DNA of 64,000 nt from Octopus sinensis (GCF_006345805.1 NC_043008.1:31124001-31188000); one strand, 5' to 3'. Shown: positions 37,582-50,858, counted from the stretch's first letter. A program made the numbers and translations. Notes: generated by a model from the letters alone, not told the origin.

Positions 37582-39055
37582 TAATTTCTTCATTAGCCAC
37601 AGGAACATAGATGTGAGGCACATCAAAGACAGACAATTTGTGCGGGTACAGGGAAAAGAAAAACGGAAATGACTGAAATGCTATGTTAGTATACATAGTA
37701 TACAATGTATGTGATAATATGAATGATGAAGTCCTAATGGAGTAGAAACTCCAACTAGGGCCAATCAAGGAATCCCACAGATCCATGATTGCTCTGCCCA
37801 CCAAAGGTACGAGCCCTCTCACCTGCTCTACAACCTACAGGCGCATATTTAGAGTAGGGCTATTCACTCTAACCATTTTGGTCACAGTCACCCATCTTTT
37901 CACAAATTCATTGGGAGATAGCACTTCCCTCTCCCCCATCACTTTCTTTTCCAAGTGGAACTTTAAAAAGTCGATGAGAGGTTGACCAAAGAGGAAAGTG
38001 TTTTTCCTCACTCCTTTCAGCCACGTCCACCACACAACCTCTGTCGCCATAATCACTAGACAGAAATCCATGACCTGGTAGTGCTATGGATTTCTGAAAG
38101 TTGTCCATGGTAGTACCGGGTCCGAAAGTCTTACGAAATAGACCAGTTTCTTCATCCTCTTAGACGCCTAGAGTTTCTCTGAGAAAGTCATCGCCCTTAC
38201 CTACCACTAGATTATTATATGTTGCTACCGCAGACCTTCCACCGACAGTATTGCCCGACTGGTAGAGAGCAGTGAGTGCTCCATGATATTCCAAATGCCT
38301 GGTGCCTAATTTTGGTCTTTTCTTAACCAAGGATTGCAGGATTTCAGACAAAGAGATGAGCTGTGGAAAAGTGTATCTTACAAACGAAGACCACACCGGT
38401 TCACCGTCCAGGAAAATCTGTAAGTGACGTAGCTGCAGCGCGTGTCTGCGCATTAGCAGCTATAGTATGCCAATACCGCTATCCATAAGGCGCAAGCAAC
38501 AGATGGACCGTCTGACCAGTGGAATGTGTTCTTTCCACAGAAAGCGGGAAAGTAAGCGCTCTTGTCCGGCCAAACGTGGACTGGGGCAAGGTACAACGGT
38601 CAGGCGATAAGTTATTAAAGAGATAGTGAGCTTTCGCCACCTTTGCTCGAGCATTTAGAGATAATTTCCTTGCGGCATATTTCTGAGCGAGATTGGCCAC
38701 CCTACTTTTAAGCTCAACTCAGTTCTTGTCCGCATAGAAGCCCGGGCCAAACCAAACACCTGGTCACTGGTTCTTCTGTCCATCGACCTACTATGCCGTT
38801 AGTTGACATAGTCTTGCCTTCCTAGTTGCCGAGTCAAAACCCTATCGACTTGTTCGAATTTATCTTAGCTCCTACCACCACCCCGTATTCCTTTAAAATG
38901 GAATCAACAACCTGAACTTCCACAGAATCTGACACCATGACCACGATGTCATCTACATATGGCGACACAGCTCACTCGCATCACATTTCGAAGGTGCCTC
39001 TCAAGAGTTATTAGCTTCTGCAGCAAAGGCTCGTGTACCAGAACGTATAGAAGAA
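37582..39055 (-). mobile_element. L1/Tx1-type LINE 3' fragment (late RT to 3' UTR), decayed
   Basis: YVDDIVVMVSDS (RT), KLSLNARAKV, RFLWKEHIPLVRRSIC, MDNFQKS, KHFPL. The 3' end CTGTGGCTAATGAAGAAA resembles that of the 26.5 kb copy. Confidence 0.85.
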
Positions 39056-39393
39056 TAATTGCATTCATAAAATAAAGTAATACGGGTACCGGTTTTTCTT
39101 CCAACAATATTCTTCTAATTTATTTTCTGGAATTCATCATTTTAATACTCGCGCAAATGCACATACAAATACTGAACATACAGGCATACATTTATATGTA
39201 TGTATGTATGTTTCTATGTGTGTTTGTATGTATATATATATATATATATGTATGTATGAATGCATGCATGTATGTATGCATGTAAGTATGTATGCATGCA
39301 TGTATGTATGTATGGATGGATGGATGGATGGATGGATGGATGGATGTATGGATGGATGGATGGATGGATAGATAGAGAAAGAGAGAGAGAGAG

Positions 39394-39482
<89 letters not shown>

Positions 39483-39539
39483 CACTCGCACACATATACA
39501 TATTAATATATATGTATCGTGGATGTATGCATGTACACA

Positions 39540-39629
39540 TGGCAGCGGCGGCGACGACAGCGGCGGCGACGACAGCGGCGGCGACGACAGCGGCGACGAC
39601 GACAGCGGCGGCGACAACAGCGGCGGCGA
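39540..39629. repeat. 15-bp CpG-rich minisatellite (GCGGCGGCGACGACA)n
   Basis: About 6 units visible. Confidence 0.9.
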
Positions 39630-40464
39630 ATGCTACAGCTGGTGGTGGCGGCGGCTGTGACGCTTGTTTTCCATGGTTTGACGGTGAGAACTCAGTTGTT
39701 CGATCAAGCAATTTACCTGCTGCTGAACACTCCACACATTTATGTGAACATAACAATTCTCAAGCAGAATCAGTTTGGCGAAGTGAACTAGAAGGATGTC
39801 CCTTCTCCGAAAGCAAAAATAATGATAAGATCTATAGAATGATAACCGTTGTATGTATTTGAGCTCTGAGTGAAAGGAGAGGGCTGGCATGTGGATTAGA
39901 GAAAGTTACAGTGTTAGCTGATTCCTTCAAAGGAGGAATTTGTTCGATATATCAAGGCTCATGTCTCTTCACAGCACAAGAATTTATTTTGCCATATTTA
40001 TAAATCAGATACGTTTTATGTTCCTCCAGTGCAATATAGCGATATAGCGATAGAGAAAATGTTTCGTGTTATTTAGTACTCTTCTTTTACATTCAGTGTT
40101 CAAATCCCTCAGGTGCTAACTTTTCCTTTTATCTTTTCATGATTATACATGCATACATGCATACATGTATGCATGTATGCATGTATGTATGTATATATTT
40201 ATGTACGTATGTATGTGTGTATGTATATGTGTATGTATGCATATATGTATGTATTTATGTATGTATGTCATTATTCAGTTTTATTTCAAGATTTCTCACC
40301 CATCGAGAAAGAGCTGGTTTCTAGCCTAGATCCAAGGTTTCTTCGTTGGAATTTCTACAATATCAACAGGGTATTTTTGCATGTATGTATGTATATGTGC
40401 AAATTTGTATGTTTTGTTTTTTTAATATATATTTTTTTTTCGATCGAAGTGATTTTGAAGACTG

Positions 40465-41210
40465 CGGAATAAATAACAACACCTTACGTGGATGAAGACC
40501 TGCTTTTGCATGGGGTACCGGTATTTCTCCTTTCCCTACCCACTGTCTTCGGCGCTTGACATTTTTATAGAGAACCCCTTTCTCGTCACCAAGCACTATT
40601 TGGTCCAAAATAAGGTTCGTTCGTGAGATATGACTGCAAAGAGGAGCACACATTCACTCTCTCCGCGTGATTAGACTCGGAAAGCTTGTGAGGAACCCAT
40701 TGACGCAATTTGTTGACTTTTCTGATGGCATGCAGGTGTCGATGAAGGATTGAATGACCAAATGCAAGCTTCTCTGCTAGTTTCTTAACAGTTACGACGG
40801 GATTTTGTTCCACCAGGTTTTGCAGGGCGTCTCGTCGAGCTCTACAGATCTTCCAAGAAGATCGTCTTCGAGGCTGTAGTTTCTGGCTCGGAATTCCCGG
40901 CACCACGGTTAACACTGGCTTACGCTTACTGTCCAATCCCTATATACTGCATTAATATTCCTCTGACTTTCCATTGCGTTGTTGCCTTTATTGAACTCAT
41001 AAAGCAAAATATGCTCCTTTGTTACTTCCATTATAGATTTGAAAAAATAACTGTTAAAATCGAACTGCACTCTTCAAAATTTGCACTAAGAATAAGGTAA
41101 AATCACTACCGGCTTTTATAGCAAGTTAATACAAGTTAGTTTATCCCGTCCTCCTCCGACCCTCAGTTCACGTAACTGAAAAAAAACACATTATTTCTGG
41201 GATGACCCAA
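40465..41210 (-). mobile_element. Mariner 5' fragment
   Basis: 5' TIR TTGGGTCATCCCAGAAATAATGTG with TA. RQWVPHKLSE, QIVLGDEKGVLY, KAGLHPRKVLL. Confidence 0.88.
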
Positions 41211-41595
41211 TACTTGTGTCGCTTGTTATTATTTGTTTATGCTTTCGTTGCGTCTCATTCTGTTCTTTGTAGCTGATAAATTGCCCCTGCAGCGTTTTGC
41301 TGTCAACATACCAAAATGAACAATCCTCTTGACAATGCCGTGGAAACTGTGAGGAAATTGTGAGGGCTGAGCGTATCCACGACCTTTCGGGGTTTCCCCC
41401 ACCACAACCACCACCTGCTTTCCGTGTTCTTTGTCGTCTTTCTCTGCAAATTTTTTATATATAACAGGCAGTGCCAGGGCATGGTCACAGCCTTTGGGCT
41501 GAAACGTATAACAGCATATAGATGTGTGTGTGTGTGTGTGTGTGTGTGTCTGTCTGTCTGTCTGTCTGTGTGTCTGTCTGTCTGTGTGTGTGTGT

Positions 41596-41637
<42 letters not shown>

Positions 41638-41877
41638 ATAATTTGAACAAATAAGAATCAGTCGATTAGTGTGTTTAAATGTTGAGTAGAGCACCGGGAC
41701 AGTTTAGGCTACCTGTTGTCATCTGCAGTTGTGGTACACTTCCTTTGGATCTACTTCAGGAACTCCGCAGTGACAGTTAGGGTAATAAAACTAATTAATA
41801 GTAGGAGATTTACTTAATTGGCATATAACAACAAGCCAGCGGACACTAAAAATCTCTAGTGAGACATCTTTATCAAT

Positions 41878-41922
41878 GTACCTGAAGAGACCCAGACTGA
41901 TGGGTCGAAACATATGTTGTAC
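41878..41922 (+). ncRNA. Minimal type I hammerhead ribozyme
   Basis: GTAC CTGAAGA GACCCA-GACTGA-TGGGTC GAAA CATATG TT GTAC. Core intact, ACATATGT palindrome, followed by AATAAA. Enclosed by a 16-bp inverted repeat at 41794-41809 / 41948-41963. Confidence 0.85.
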
Positions 41923-42008
41923 CTAATAAAAGTATAATACGAAATTCATCTCCTACTATTAATCAATACTGTGCACATGCACACACACATACATACATAC
42001 ATGCATAC

Positions 42009-42043
<35 letters not shown>

Positions 42044-42110
42044 ATATATATATATATATAATATGTATATACATATATATACATATATATATATGTATAT
42101 ATATATATCT

Positions 42111-42336
42111 TTTTACTCTTTTTTTCTCTTTTTACTTATTTCAGTCATTTGACTGTGGCCATGCTGGAGCACCGCCTTTAGTCGAGCAAATCGACCCCGA
42201 GACTTATTCTTTGTAAGCCCAGTACTTATTCTATCGGTCTCTTTTTTGCCGAACCGCTAAGTGACGGGGACGTAAACACACCAGCATCGGTTGTCAAGCA
42301 ATGTTGGGGGGGACAAACACAGACACACAAACATAC

Positions 42337-42411
<75 letters not shown>

Positions 42412-42573
42412 TACGACAGGCTTCTTTCAGTTTCCGTCTACCAAATCCACCTACAAGCATTGGTCGGCCCGAGGTTATAGCAGAAGACACTTGCCCAAGA
42501 TGCCACGCAGTGGGACTGAACCCGGAACCATGTGGTTGGTTAGCAAGCTACTTACCACACAGCCACTCCTGCG

Positions 42574-42575
<2 letters not shown>
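42111..42575 (-). mobile_element. Full-length family-A tRNA-headed SINE with internal microsatellite
   Basis: Head GGCGCAGGAGTGGCTGTGTGG (A box)...GGTTCAGTCCC (B box), body, (AT/AC)n, and tail CCAGCATGGCCACAGTCAAATGACTGAAAT. Confidence 0.92.
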
Positions 42576-42644
<69 letters not shown>

Positions 42645-42859
42645 ATAATATGTATATACATATATATACACATATATATATATATATATATATATGTACG
42701 TACATACATACATACATACATACATACATACATACATACATCATACATACATACATACATACATATATACATACATACATGCATGCATACATACATATAT
42801 GAAAAATAGAAGTTGAATATGCACTGAGAATAGTTAGATTATCTTTTACTAATATATTT

Positions 42860-43430
42860 GAAGCTTTAACCGGTTTCACAGTTTACACTGATTTTCAAGA
42901 GGTTCAAAATGAAAGATGTGGCTTATGTCGCAGCTGTTTTGTATCTGATTAGTGTTTGAAGCTTGCTCTATTTTTATGGGGAGTTCATGGCTCAAATTAG
43001 TATGTTTTGAATAGGATTTGATTGGTAGAGGATAGTTACATGACTGGTCTTAGAAATGTTTGTAGTTTCCCCGCTACGTCCGTGTGTTAATATCAAGTGA
43101 CAGTGTTTGGCTTTGTAAGTTAAGGCTGACATGGTTGACTGAACATGTCCAAACAATCAATGCGCTGAATGTTTTCTGTCAAGTGTTTGTAGAGAATGAA
43201 CACATGATTAAGTTTAGTGTCAACTTTGATTCTCATCACTTTAAGGTCGATAAAATAAAGTATCGATCTAGTACTAAGAGGAAGTGGATGTCAGTATAAT
43301 CGAAAAACTCCTCTTCTAAGATTAAATTAGAAGCCATTATACACAATATTAATTTTGAGTACTTTACTCACCCTATCAGCAAGCAAAAATAGCATCTGTT
43401 ATACATCGTTAGACTAAACAAGAGAGTGCC
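42860..43430 (-). mobile_element. Possible highly decayed PLE remnant with a hammerhead relic at its 3' end
   Basis: TTGAAAA TCAG-TGTAAA-CTGT GAAA CCGG TT at 42863-42902 (minus strand); weak LSLDIN (LPFLDI-like) motif. Confidence 0.3.
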
Positions 43431-43447
43431 CAGGTCTTTACTCAATA

Positions 43448-43618
43448 GGTGCAGACGTGACTATGTGGTAAAAAGCTTGCTTCCCAACCACATGGTTCCA
43501 GGTTCAGTTCCACTGTCTGGCACCTTGGGCAGGTGTCTTCTACTATAACCTCGAACCGACCAAAGCCTTGCGAGTGGATTTGGTAGGCGGAAACTGAAAG
43601 AAGCCCGTCGTATACATG

Positions 43619-43688
<70 letters not shown>

Positions 43689-43935
43689 TGCGTGTGTGTG
43701 TGTGTATTTTTGTGTGTGTCTGTGTCTATGTTCGTCCTTACACCATCGTTTGACAACCGATGTTGGTGTGTTTACGTCCCCGTAACTTAGCGGTTAAGCA
43801 AAAAAGGTTGATAGAAAAAGTACTAGACTTTCCGAACAAGTATGCCCCGGGGTTGATTTGTTTGACTAAAACCCGTCAAGGCGGAGCACAAGTCAAATGA
43901 CTGAAACAAGTAAAAGAATAAAAGAATAAAAAAGA
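43448..43935 (+). mobile_element. Full-length family-A SINE
   Basis: Same head, body, (GT)n and tail as 42111-42575, in the opposite orientation. Confidence 0.9.
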
Positions 43936-44269
43936 ATCTCAACTATTTTTGTGTGTGCGCGCGCGCGTATGTGTGTGTTTGAGTGTGTGCGTGTGTGTGC
44001 GTATGTGTGTGTGTGTATGTGTGTGTGTGTGTGTGTGTGTTGAAACACTGCCCAAACTGAAGCCGTGACTTGACGTAATCAATTCCATCCGTTGTCATAT
44101 TTTTTCAGGGGAGGTAACTTGTACATAATAATGGAGGAGTTATTGAAACTGTTCTTGAAACTTTTTTATTTTTTTGCATGTTATATTTCTCACGATTTCA
44201 TTTATTTACCAATATTTTACATTTATTTTTACATTTCAGAAATCGTATAAAGAAAGTGTTTTTTTTTAA

Positions 44270-44276
<7 letters not shown>

Positions 44277-44316
<40 letters not shown>

Positions 44317-44935
44317 GTTATTATTATTATTGCTGTTGTTGTTGTTGTTGTCTTCTTTCAATTTTGTTTTCATTACTTGCCGAGTGTCTTCCCAACACCT
44401 AGGGCAAAGAAACTCCCTGTATACATTTGGGGACCATCAAAATAAACACACCAGATAATTCATTTATAAAGTCATGTGATAGAGAAAGACGGAGAAGGAA
44501 AACAGAGAGGAAAAGAAAAGAAAGGAAAAAGAAAGAACTGAAAAAAAGAAAAGAAAGGTGGGGAAAAGGAAATTCACTGCGACAATGCTTTTCTCAGTTA
44601 AGACAATCTTTTGCACTTCCTGCATGGATGGTAAGCCAGAGATCATCCTCAAATAATTTTCAGTTCCCTTTTTCATCATTCCAAGCGTTCCTACAATCAC
44701 TGGTATTGTAACCATCTTGAAATGAAACATTTTTTTTTTCGATTTCAATCAGCAAATCTTGATATTTTCAGAGTTTATCACATTCTTTTACCAAGATATT
44801 ATGATCACAGGGTATGCTTATGTGAATCAATAAACAGATTTTATTCTTTTGGTCTTTCACAACAATATCTGGTTTCTTACCTTTGATGGTCCGGTCTATA
44901 TGTAATGCAAAGTCCCAGAGAATCGTTATATTTTT
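44277..44935 (-). mobile_element. R4/Dong-like RLE retrotransposon 3' fragment A with (TAA/CAA)n tail
   Basis: ILWDFALHIDRTIKGKKPDIVVKD...ICLLIHISIPCDHN...TIPVIVGTLGMMKK. Confidence 0.8.
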
Positions 44936-44954
44936 TCCCTCAGTTACAGTCTTA

Positions 44955-45960
44955 TTTTTATTATTATTTTACTTCTCAGAGCGTTCGGTCTTATTTGCTC
45001 TGGTAGATCCTGTGAGAGCGGACAGCAGCCTGATTTTAGAGGCCCCGCAGGGTCTCTTTCCGCACATTATAAGCTTTGATACTTGGTTGTTAATTATCGT
45101 GGAAGACATTCAACATCCAATTACCAATCCCAAAATCATAGCTCTCCTCAGCCGAGCAGTTTGGGAGGCTTGCTCATTTCTCATGTCAATTTCGATTTCT
45201 CTGATATATTTCTCGAACTTGATTGTTAATGCTCCAATTGTCCCTGCAACTACTGAACTGACATACATTTTCCTCAAAGACCACATGCTTGCAATTTCGT
45301 CTTTTAGTAGTCTGTACTTCTCAATCTTTTCCAGTTCTTTGTCACTTATGCGTGCATCCCCAGGAATTGCATTATCTATAATCTTGGTTTCCTTTTTTTT
45401 TTATCTACCACAACAATTGTAGATAAAGGCATCGATTAAGGAATCACATTGGATTGTAAAATCTCACAGTATCTTATACTCCTTGTTCTCGGTGAAGCCT
45501 GGTTCATGTTCGTACCATTTCCATGTTCTGTTCAGGCCGTACTTTTCACATAGCTTCCACTGGACGAACTTAGCCACGTTATCGTGCCTCCTTTTGTAGT
45601 GCTTTTGGATCAGCTTGCTACATTCACTCACAATATGTCAGGTTATTTCGTTTCTGTTTCCACACATCCTACAAAGGGACGATTCTATTTGGAACTTGGT
45701 GTAATTAGTCTTCAGAGCTTGTTCCTGGACGCTGCATCCTTTCAGGTCACTTGTTCTTAGCCATCTCCAAGTATTGATCTTATCTTTCCTTTCGATTACT
45801 CTGAGGTATTACCCATGCGGTGATTTCATTTTTCAATTGTTTACTCATCTTGTTTCTTAAATATGTTTGTGGCTGCATCACATTTTCGGTAGGTATTGTA
45901 TTGTTCATTCTAAAAGCGGCAAGCAAGGATTCACTCTGCTGTTTGATGTGCCATCATTAT
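44955..45960 (-). mobile_element. R4/Dong-like RLE retrotransposon 3' fragment B, decayed
   Basis: WRWLRTSDLK, QEQALKTNY, CRMCG...HIVSEC (CCHC), RRHDNVAKFVQWKLC, IIDNAIPGD...EKIEKY. Confidence 0.82.
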
Positions 45961-46487
45961 AGTCATTATTATTGAATACAGACAAAACGTTCTTTCACGT
46001 AAATACGTACTGGGAATTAACATAAACACTTTTAAAGCTTTTGCGCTTATTGTAGGATACTTCATTAATAATTCAATCAAATTTTACTCCCAATTTTCAG
46101 CACAGTGTGAATTGCACTTGAACTCAGAACATAAAGCCAGAAGAAATGCCGTTAAGCATATTGTCCGGTGTGCTAACAACTCTGCCAGCCCACCGCTTTA
46201 TGCTACTTTGCAAATGATAGAACAGAATGTATAATGTCGGTTCTACGTGTTAGAATTTCGATTATAATGTCGATTCGTTGCAATGTCTATTTGCTATTCC
46301 TTTTCTTTCTTTGAAATAATGCTTAAGTTTAACCAGTCTATAAATGAGTTTTGAATCCAACGACAGCATACATTTTCAGCTGGAAAACATTCTGTTGTTG
46401 ATTTACACATTGCAGATAAATGTTACAAAATTGTATCTCATATCTTAATATCGGGAAATTTTGTTCGATAATAACAACAACAACAAC

Positions 46488-46557
<70 letters not shown>

Positions 46558-46573
46558 TAATAATAATAATAAT

Positions 46574-46704
46574 AATCCTTTCTTCTATAGGCACAAGACC
46601 TGAAATTTGGGTGAAGGGGACAGTCGATTACATCGATCCCCAGTGCTCAACTAGTACTTAATTTATCGACCCCGAAGGGATGAAATGCCAAGTCGACTTC
46701 GGCG

Positions 46705-46708
<4 letters not shown>
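46574..46708 (-). mobile_element. Family-B (Nin/Deu-domain-like) SINE body
   Basis: Reverse complement of TTCCGCCGAAGTCGACTTGGCATTTCATCCCTTCGGGGTCGATAAATTAAGTAC...CTGGGGATCGATGTAATCGACT. Confidence 0.75.
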
Positions 46709-46796
<88 letters not shown>

Positions 46797-46797
<1 letters not shown>

Positions 46798-49587
46798 ATT
46801 AACCACAAAGGCTTTACATAAAAAATATATAATGGGCAACAGGACAAAAACGATGTGGGGTTACATGAAAGTCGTGTAAACAATGTAAAACAAAGACAAT
46901 CGAATATAACAACAAAATTCTCCAAAAGCGGGAGACCTCCTAGGACTGTTCGTGAAAACCCCACAAGTCCACACAAGTCCTGACCACCAGGGTAAGTGCC
47001 CTTTCCGCTTTGTCAACATGCACGTGCTTAGAGTAGGGCCATTCTTGCGACATTCACCTTCCTGGGGTGGGGGCAGAACTTCCTTCTACACCCTCACTTT
47101 CCCTTTCAAGTGAAATTTGAAAAAGTTGATGAGGTCTTAGCCAAAGAGGAAAGTATCTGTCTTCAGCCCTTTCAACCTGGCCCACTACACAACTTCTTTC
47201 GCTAAGGCCACCAGGCAAAGAAAAACAGCCTACCCTTCCAGGCTAAAGGAAGGCGGTGGGACTATCCTCACAATAGACGCAACCGATAGCCGGATTCGTT
47301 CTACACGTGACATGGGTGCTCGACATAAACCTACAACTCAGAAATACTCGGACACTGGACGAAAGCGTGCTGAACGGTTTCGTCGCTCGCGCGCATCTTG
47401 GGCAATCCCGACTGACTGCACTTCCGTGCCTGTAGAGTTTATCTCGAACAGGTAGTGCTCCTCGGTAGCACTGCCAGGCCAAGGATTTCTGGAAATTATC
47501 CATAGGCCCAGGCCTGAAAATTCTCCAGAACAAACCAGCTAACTCGTTCTTGTCGATGACCAGAGTCTCTCCGAGAACGTCGTCGCACTTACCAGCCATA
47601 ACCGTCTATAGAACGCCATAGTGGAATTTCCACCGACCGCATTGAAGACGATACTCTAGATGCCAGTCGCCCTTTCTATGTCTACACTTGGTCCAGGACT
47701 TGCAGCTCAATCAAAGAGACAAGCTGTGAGAAATCGCATCTGACAAATGGCAACCACACCTGCTCACCGTCTAGGAAACGCAGATGCCGCAGCCTGAGCA
47801 CATGTGTGCGCATCAATAGTCACAGCATGCCCAGCCTTCCATTTAGTGGGTGTTGACAGCAAATGGAGCGCCTGACTAGTGGAACGCATCCCTTCCACAG
47901 AAAGCGGAATAGTAGGCGCTCCAGTGGTGTGTGTCAAGTGGTGATGTTGTGGTGATACTGACGGTGCTGATGGAGATGCTGTTGTTGTTGTTGACGGTGC
48001 TGGTGCGGTTGCTTATGAGGAAGGTGTTTGTATGTTTTTGTTTTCTGGTTTTTGTTTTTGTTTTTTTATCGTATGTCTTCTCACTGTCATCATATCTGCC
48101 AGATTTTTGTTTTAGTTGGTGAATTTTTGTTACTTTTTCTTTTAGATTTGGCGACTTATTGCCATTTAGGTTCTTCTTCCTCCCACTCTGCGCAGGACAT
48201 GTCTGAGTGTTCGGGGGAAGGTAGAGGCAAATCTTGTGGGTTTTTTCGGTTGTGTTTTGTTGTTGTTTTGGGGATGCTGATACTGTTGTTTCGTTGCTGT
48301 TTGGTGCGTGGAAAGCATAGACGTTAGTGAGTTGATTATTTTGTTTGCTGTGGTTGCTCCCACTGTAGTTGTTCTTGTTATTGTTATTGTAGCTGTTGCT
48401 GTTTCTACTGCTTCTGCTGCTGCTGCTTCTGCTGCTGCTGCTGTCGGTGCTGCTGCTGTCGGTGCTGCTGCTGTTGGTGCTGCCGTGATTGGTATTGCTG
48501 TTGTTTGCGGTCCTCCAGTGGCCAACTGCCTCGGCTAGTATTGTTGCTGTTGCTTTTGTTGTTGCTGTAGTTGCTGTTGCTGTAATTGTTGTTGTTGTTG
48601 TTATTGTTGTTGTTGTTGATACTGTTGATGCTCATGCCGCCGCTGCTGCTGCTGTTGTTGTTGTTGTGTTGGAGGTGCCTGCAGTAGTGCGGTTTTCTCT
48701 TTTGGCTGTCTAAGGCTGAAAGTCTTTAAATGGTTTGTTCGGCCACAAATGTGGCATCTGGGCTTTCTGCCCTCTACCGCTACAAATAACTTTGAACCTC
48801 CAGGGAGCTCGATAAGATCTGGAATCTCTTGTGCGGTTGCAAAATTCGCATGCAATAAGATTTCCAGCTTTGTACCAAACCAATTTTCTGTTTTTTGTCT
48901 CCGTGTTTCAAGAATTTTACATCTCTCCTCTCTGCCGTACAACACGACTTCTGCCAGTAAGGAGATATCCACTTCTGGTACCTGAACTACCTTCACTCTG
49001 ACCAAGGTATGTGGGAATCATATGTAATTCCTCGATCTTCGAGGTTGTCGTGGCAATTTCTTTGGCCAGTTGTTCTGGTGAAAGTCTCACTTCTACTGTA
49101 CCAAAGATTTTATTACTTGCAATATAAGATTTTACGCTCCATACAGCCTGAGTAGATCTTTCTATCTCGCGCGTTTTCAAAGATATACATCTGAATATTT
49201 ATTGTCCTCCTCCATGTCTCTTCCTGCAGCTACTCAGGCGTGTTCAGGTGGACTGTCCTACCAGTTCTTGTTAGATGCATTTTTGCACTAGCCAACTTCA
49301 CCTCTTCCATCCTGCGGCACATTGCGGCAAATCTTTGTGTTTGCTTAGAAGAAGCAAATGACGTTGCTGCTTTGAAAATTATTTTCTCCTTCTTTGTATG
49401 ATGTGGTAGCGGCAGCGGTGGCGAAATCTGCAGGTGTTTCACGTGAAATAATTCTTTTATCTTTCTCTTCACTTTCCTGCTTATTTTTGTTACTCTAGCT
49501 GGTCCTCGTGATGGTAGTGGTGTTAGCGCTGTTAGTGACCTCCTCCACTCCTTCCTTTATGCTTCGTCGGTGTTCATGGTGTTGGTG

Positions 49588-49619
<32 letters not shown>

Positions 49620-50083
49620 GGTGGTGGTGATGGTGGTGGTGGTGGTGGTGCTGGTGGTGCTGGTGCTGGTGCTGGTGGTGCTGGTGCTGGTGGTGCTGGT
49701 GGTGCTGGTGCTGCTGGTGCTGCTGGTGCTGCTGCTGCTGCTGCTACTGCTGCTATTCTTCCTCTCTTTCTCAGCTATATTTGGTAATGGAGGGAAAGAA
49801 ATTTCGAAAGCGCTGTTACAATAATTTTCAACACCCACAATTTCCGTAGCCATATTGCAAATTTTGTGTAGATTTCTTTTTAAAATTATGAAAATTTGAG
49901 TTATTAAAACTCAAAATTTACCCTTAAAGGGCGAATTTTTGCCACCCCAGCTTGCCCTGGTTGTGGCGAGCTGAATTACAAAGTCAACAGTTCAACAAAA
50001 TTTGGAAAAACAAAACGTAAAACAAACAAATTTAAATAAAATTTCACAGACCTCCGAACACGCAGCCGACAGCTCCAGACACT
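46797..50083 (-). mobile_element. L1/Tx1-type LINE with 5' UTR + ORF1 retained, EN/RT deleted and ORF2 3' end retained
   Basis: ORF1 from ATG 49853, broken by frameshifts and triplet expansions, with a zinc knuckle remnant EGRKPRCHICGRTNH. It joins near 47930 to LERLLFRFLWKG...MDNFQKSLAWQCYRGALPVRDKL...CPRC. (AAT/GAT)n on both flanks. Confidence 0.85.
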
Positions 50084-50141
50084 AATAATGATAATAATAA
50101 TTATTATTATTATTGTTGTTGTTGTTTTTATTATTATTATT

Positions 50142-50626
50142 AAAATGTTTTGTCTTGGTATAAAAGATGAGCTACAGCAAATATTCTGCTCAGTACCACA
50201 GATTTGCTTGTCAGTTGCTTGACCTTAACCAGTTGATCATGTCCCTTAGTGGCTGACGATATATGCATCTCTGATCACGAGCAGAAGTAGTGAGGGAGCA
50301 TCATAGCCATGTGTTGAGAGGAATTCTTTGGGGTTTGAATAATTTACGTTTGGAGACATGGGTGTTTTGTTCATCATCCTTAAACAACCCTTATTCAGGG
50401 ACCTTTTAAGTGGGATGGGCTACTCGACCAGAAGAAAATTCTAACTGGGCCCCACCTGCAAGGTCATGCGCTGTTTATCATGATATGAGATCACCATGTC
50501 GCGCACATATGGTTGTGATGCATGTATATGATATACCTTTTTCAGACGGGTAGTCATGATGGGTATACTGGGCTTCGTATATTTTACCCCAGTGTCTCTT
50601 TGATGGCATGCACTGCTCTCTCACTC
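50142..50626. repeat. Unclassified interspersed repeat of about 480 bp
   Basis: Bounded by (TAA)n and (AAG)n tracts, with a second partial copy at 25258-25432. No ORF or TIR seen. Confidence 0.65.
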
Positions 50627-50858
50627 AAGAAGAAGAAGAAGAAGAAGAAGAAGAAGAAGAAGAAGAAGAAGAAGAAGAAGAAGAAGAAGAAAAGAAGAAG
50701 AAGAAGAAGAAGAAGAAGAAGAAGAAGAAGAAGAAGAAGAAGAAGAGAAGAAGAAGAAGAAGAAGAGAGAAGAAGAAGAAGAAGAAGAAGAAGAAGAAGA
50801 AGAAGAAGAAGAAGAAGAAGAAGAAGAAGAAGAGAAGAAGAAGAAGAAGAAGAAGAAG
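50627..50858. repeat. (AAG)n polypurine tract
   Basis: About 75 units with 4 one-base shifts; the source of the poly-E/K/R/F/S ORFs. Confidence 0.97.

Noticed and set aside
39512-39862. Ala/Thr-rich ORF with a non-repetitive tail as a possible host exon
   Set aside because: It begins in a minisatellite, has no recognisable domain and no convincing splice pair. RNA-seq or tblastn would be needed.
42500-42575. tRNA genes at SINE heads (also 43448, 52432, 55986)
   Set aside because: A and B boxes are present but there is no complete cloverleaf, and they continue into SINE bodies.
44883-45422. 179-aa plus-strand hydrophobic ORF
   Set aside because: Antisense frame of the RLE retrotransposon fragments.
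50240-50305. CTGACGA...GAAG hammerhead candidate
   Set aside because: GAAG instead of GAAA, and stem I does not register.
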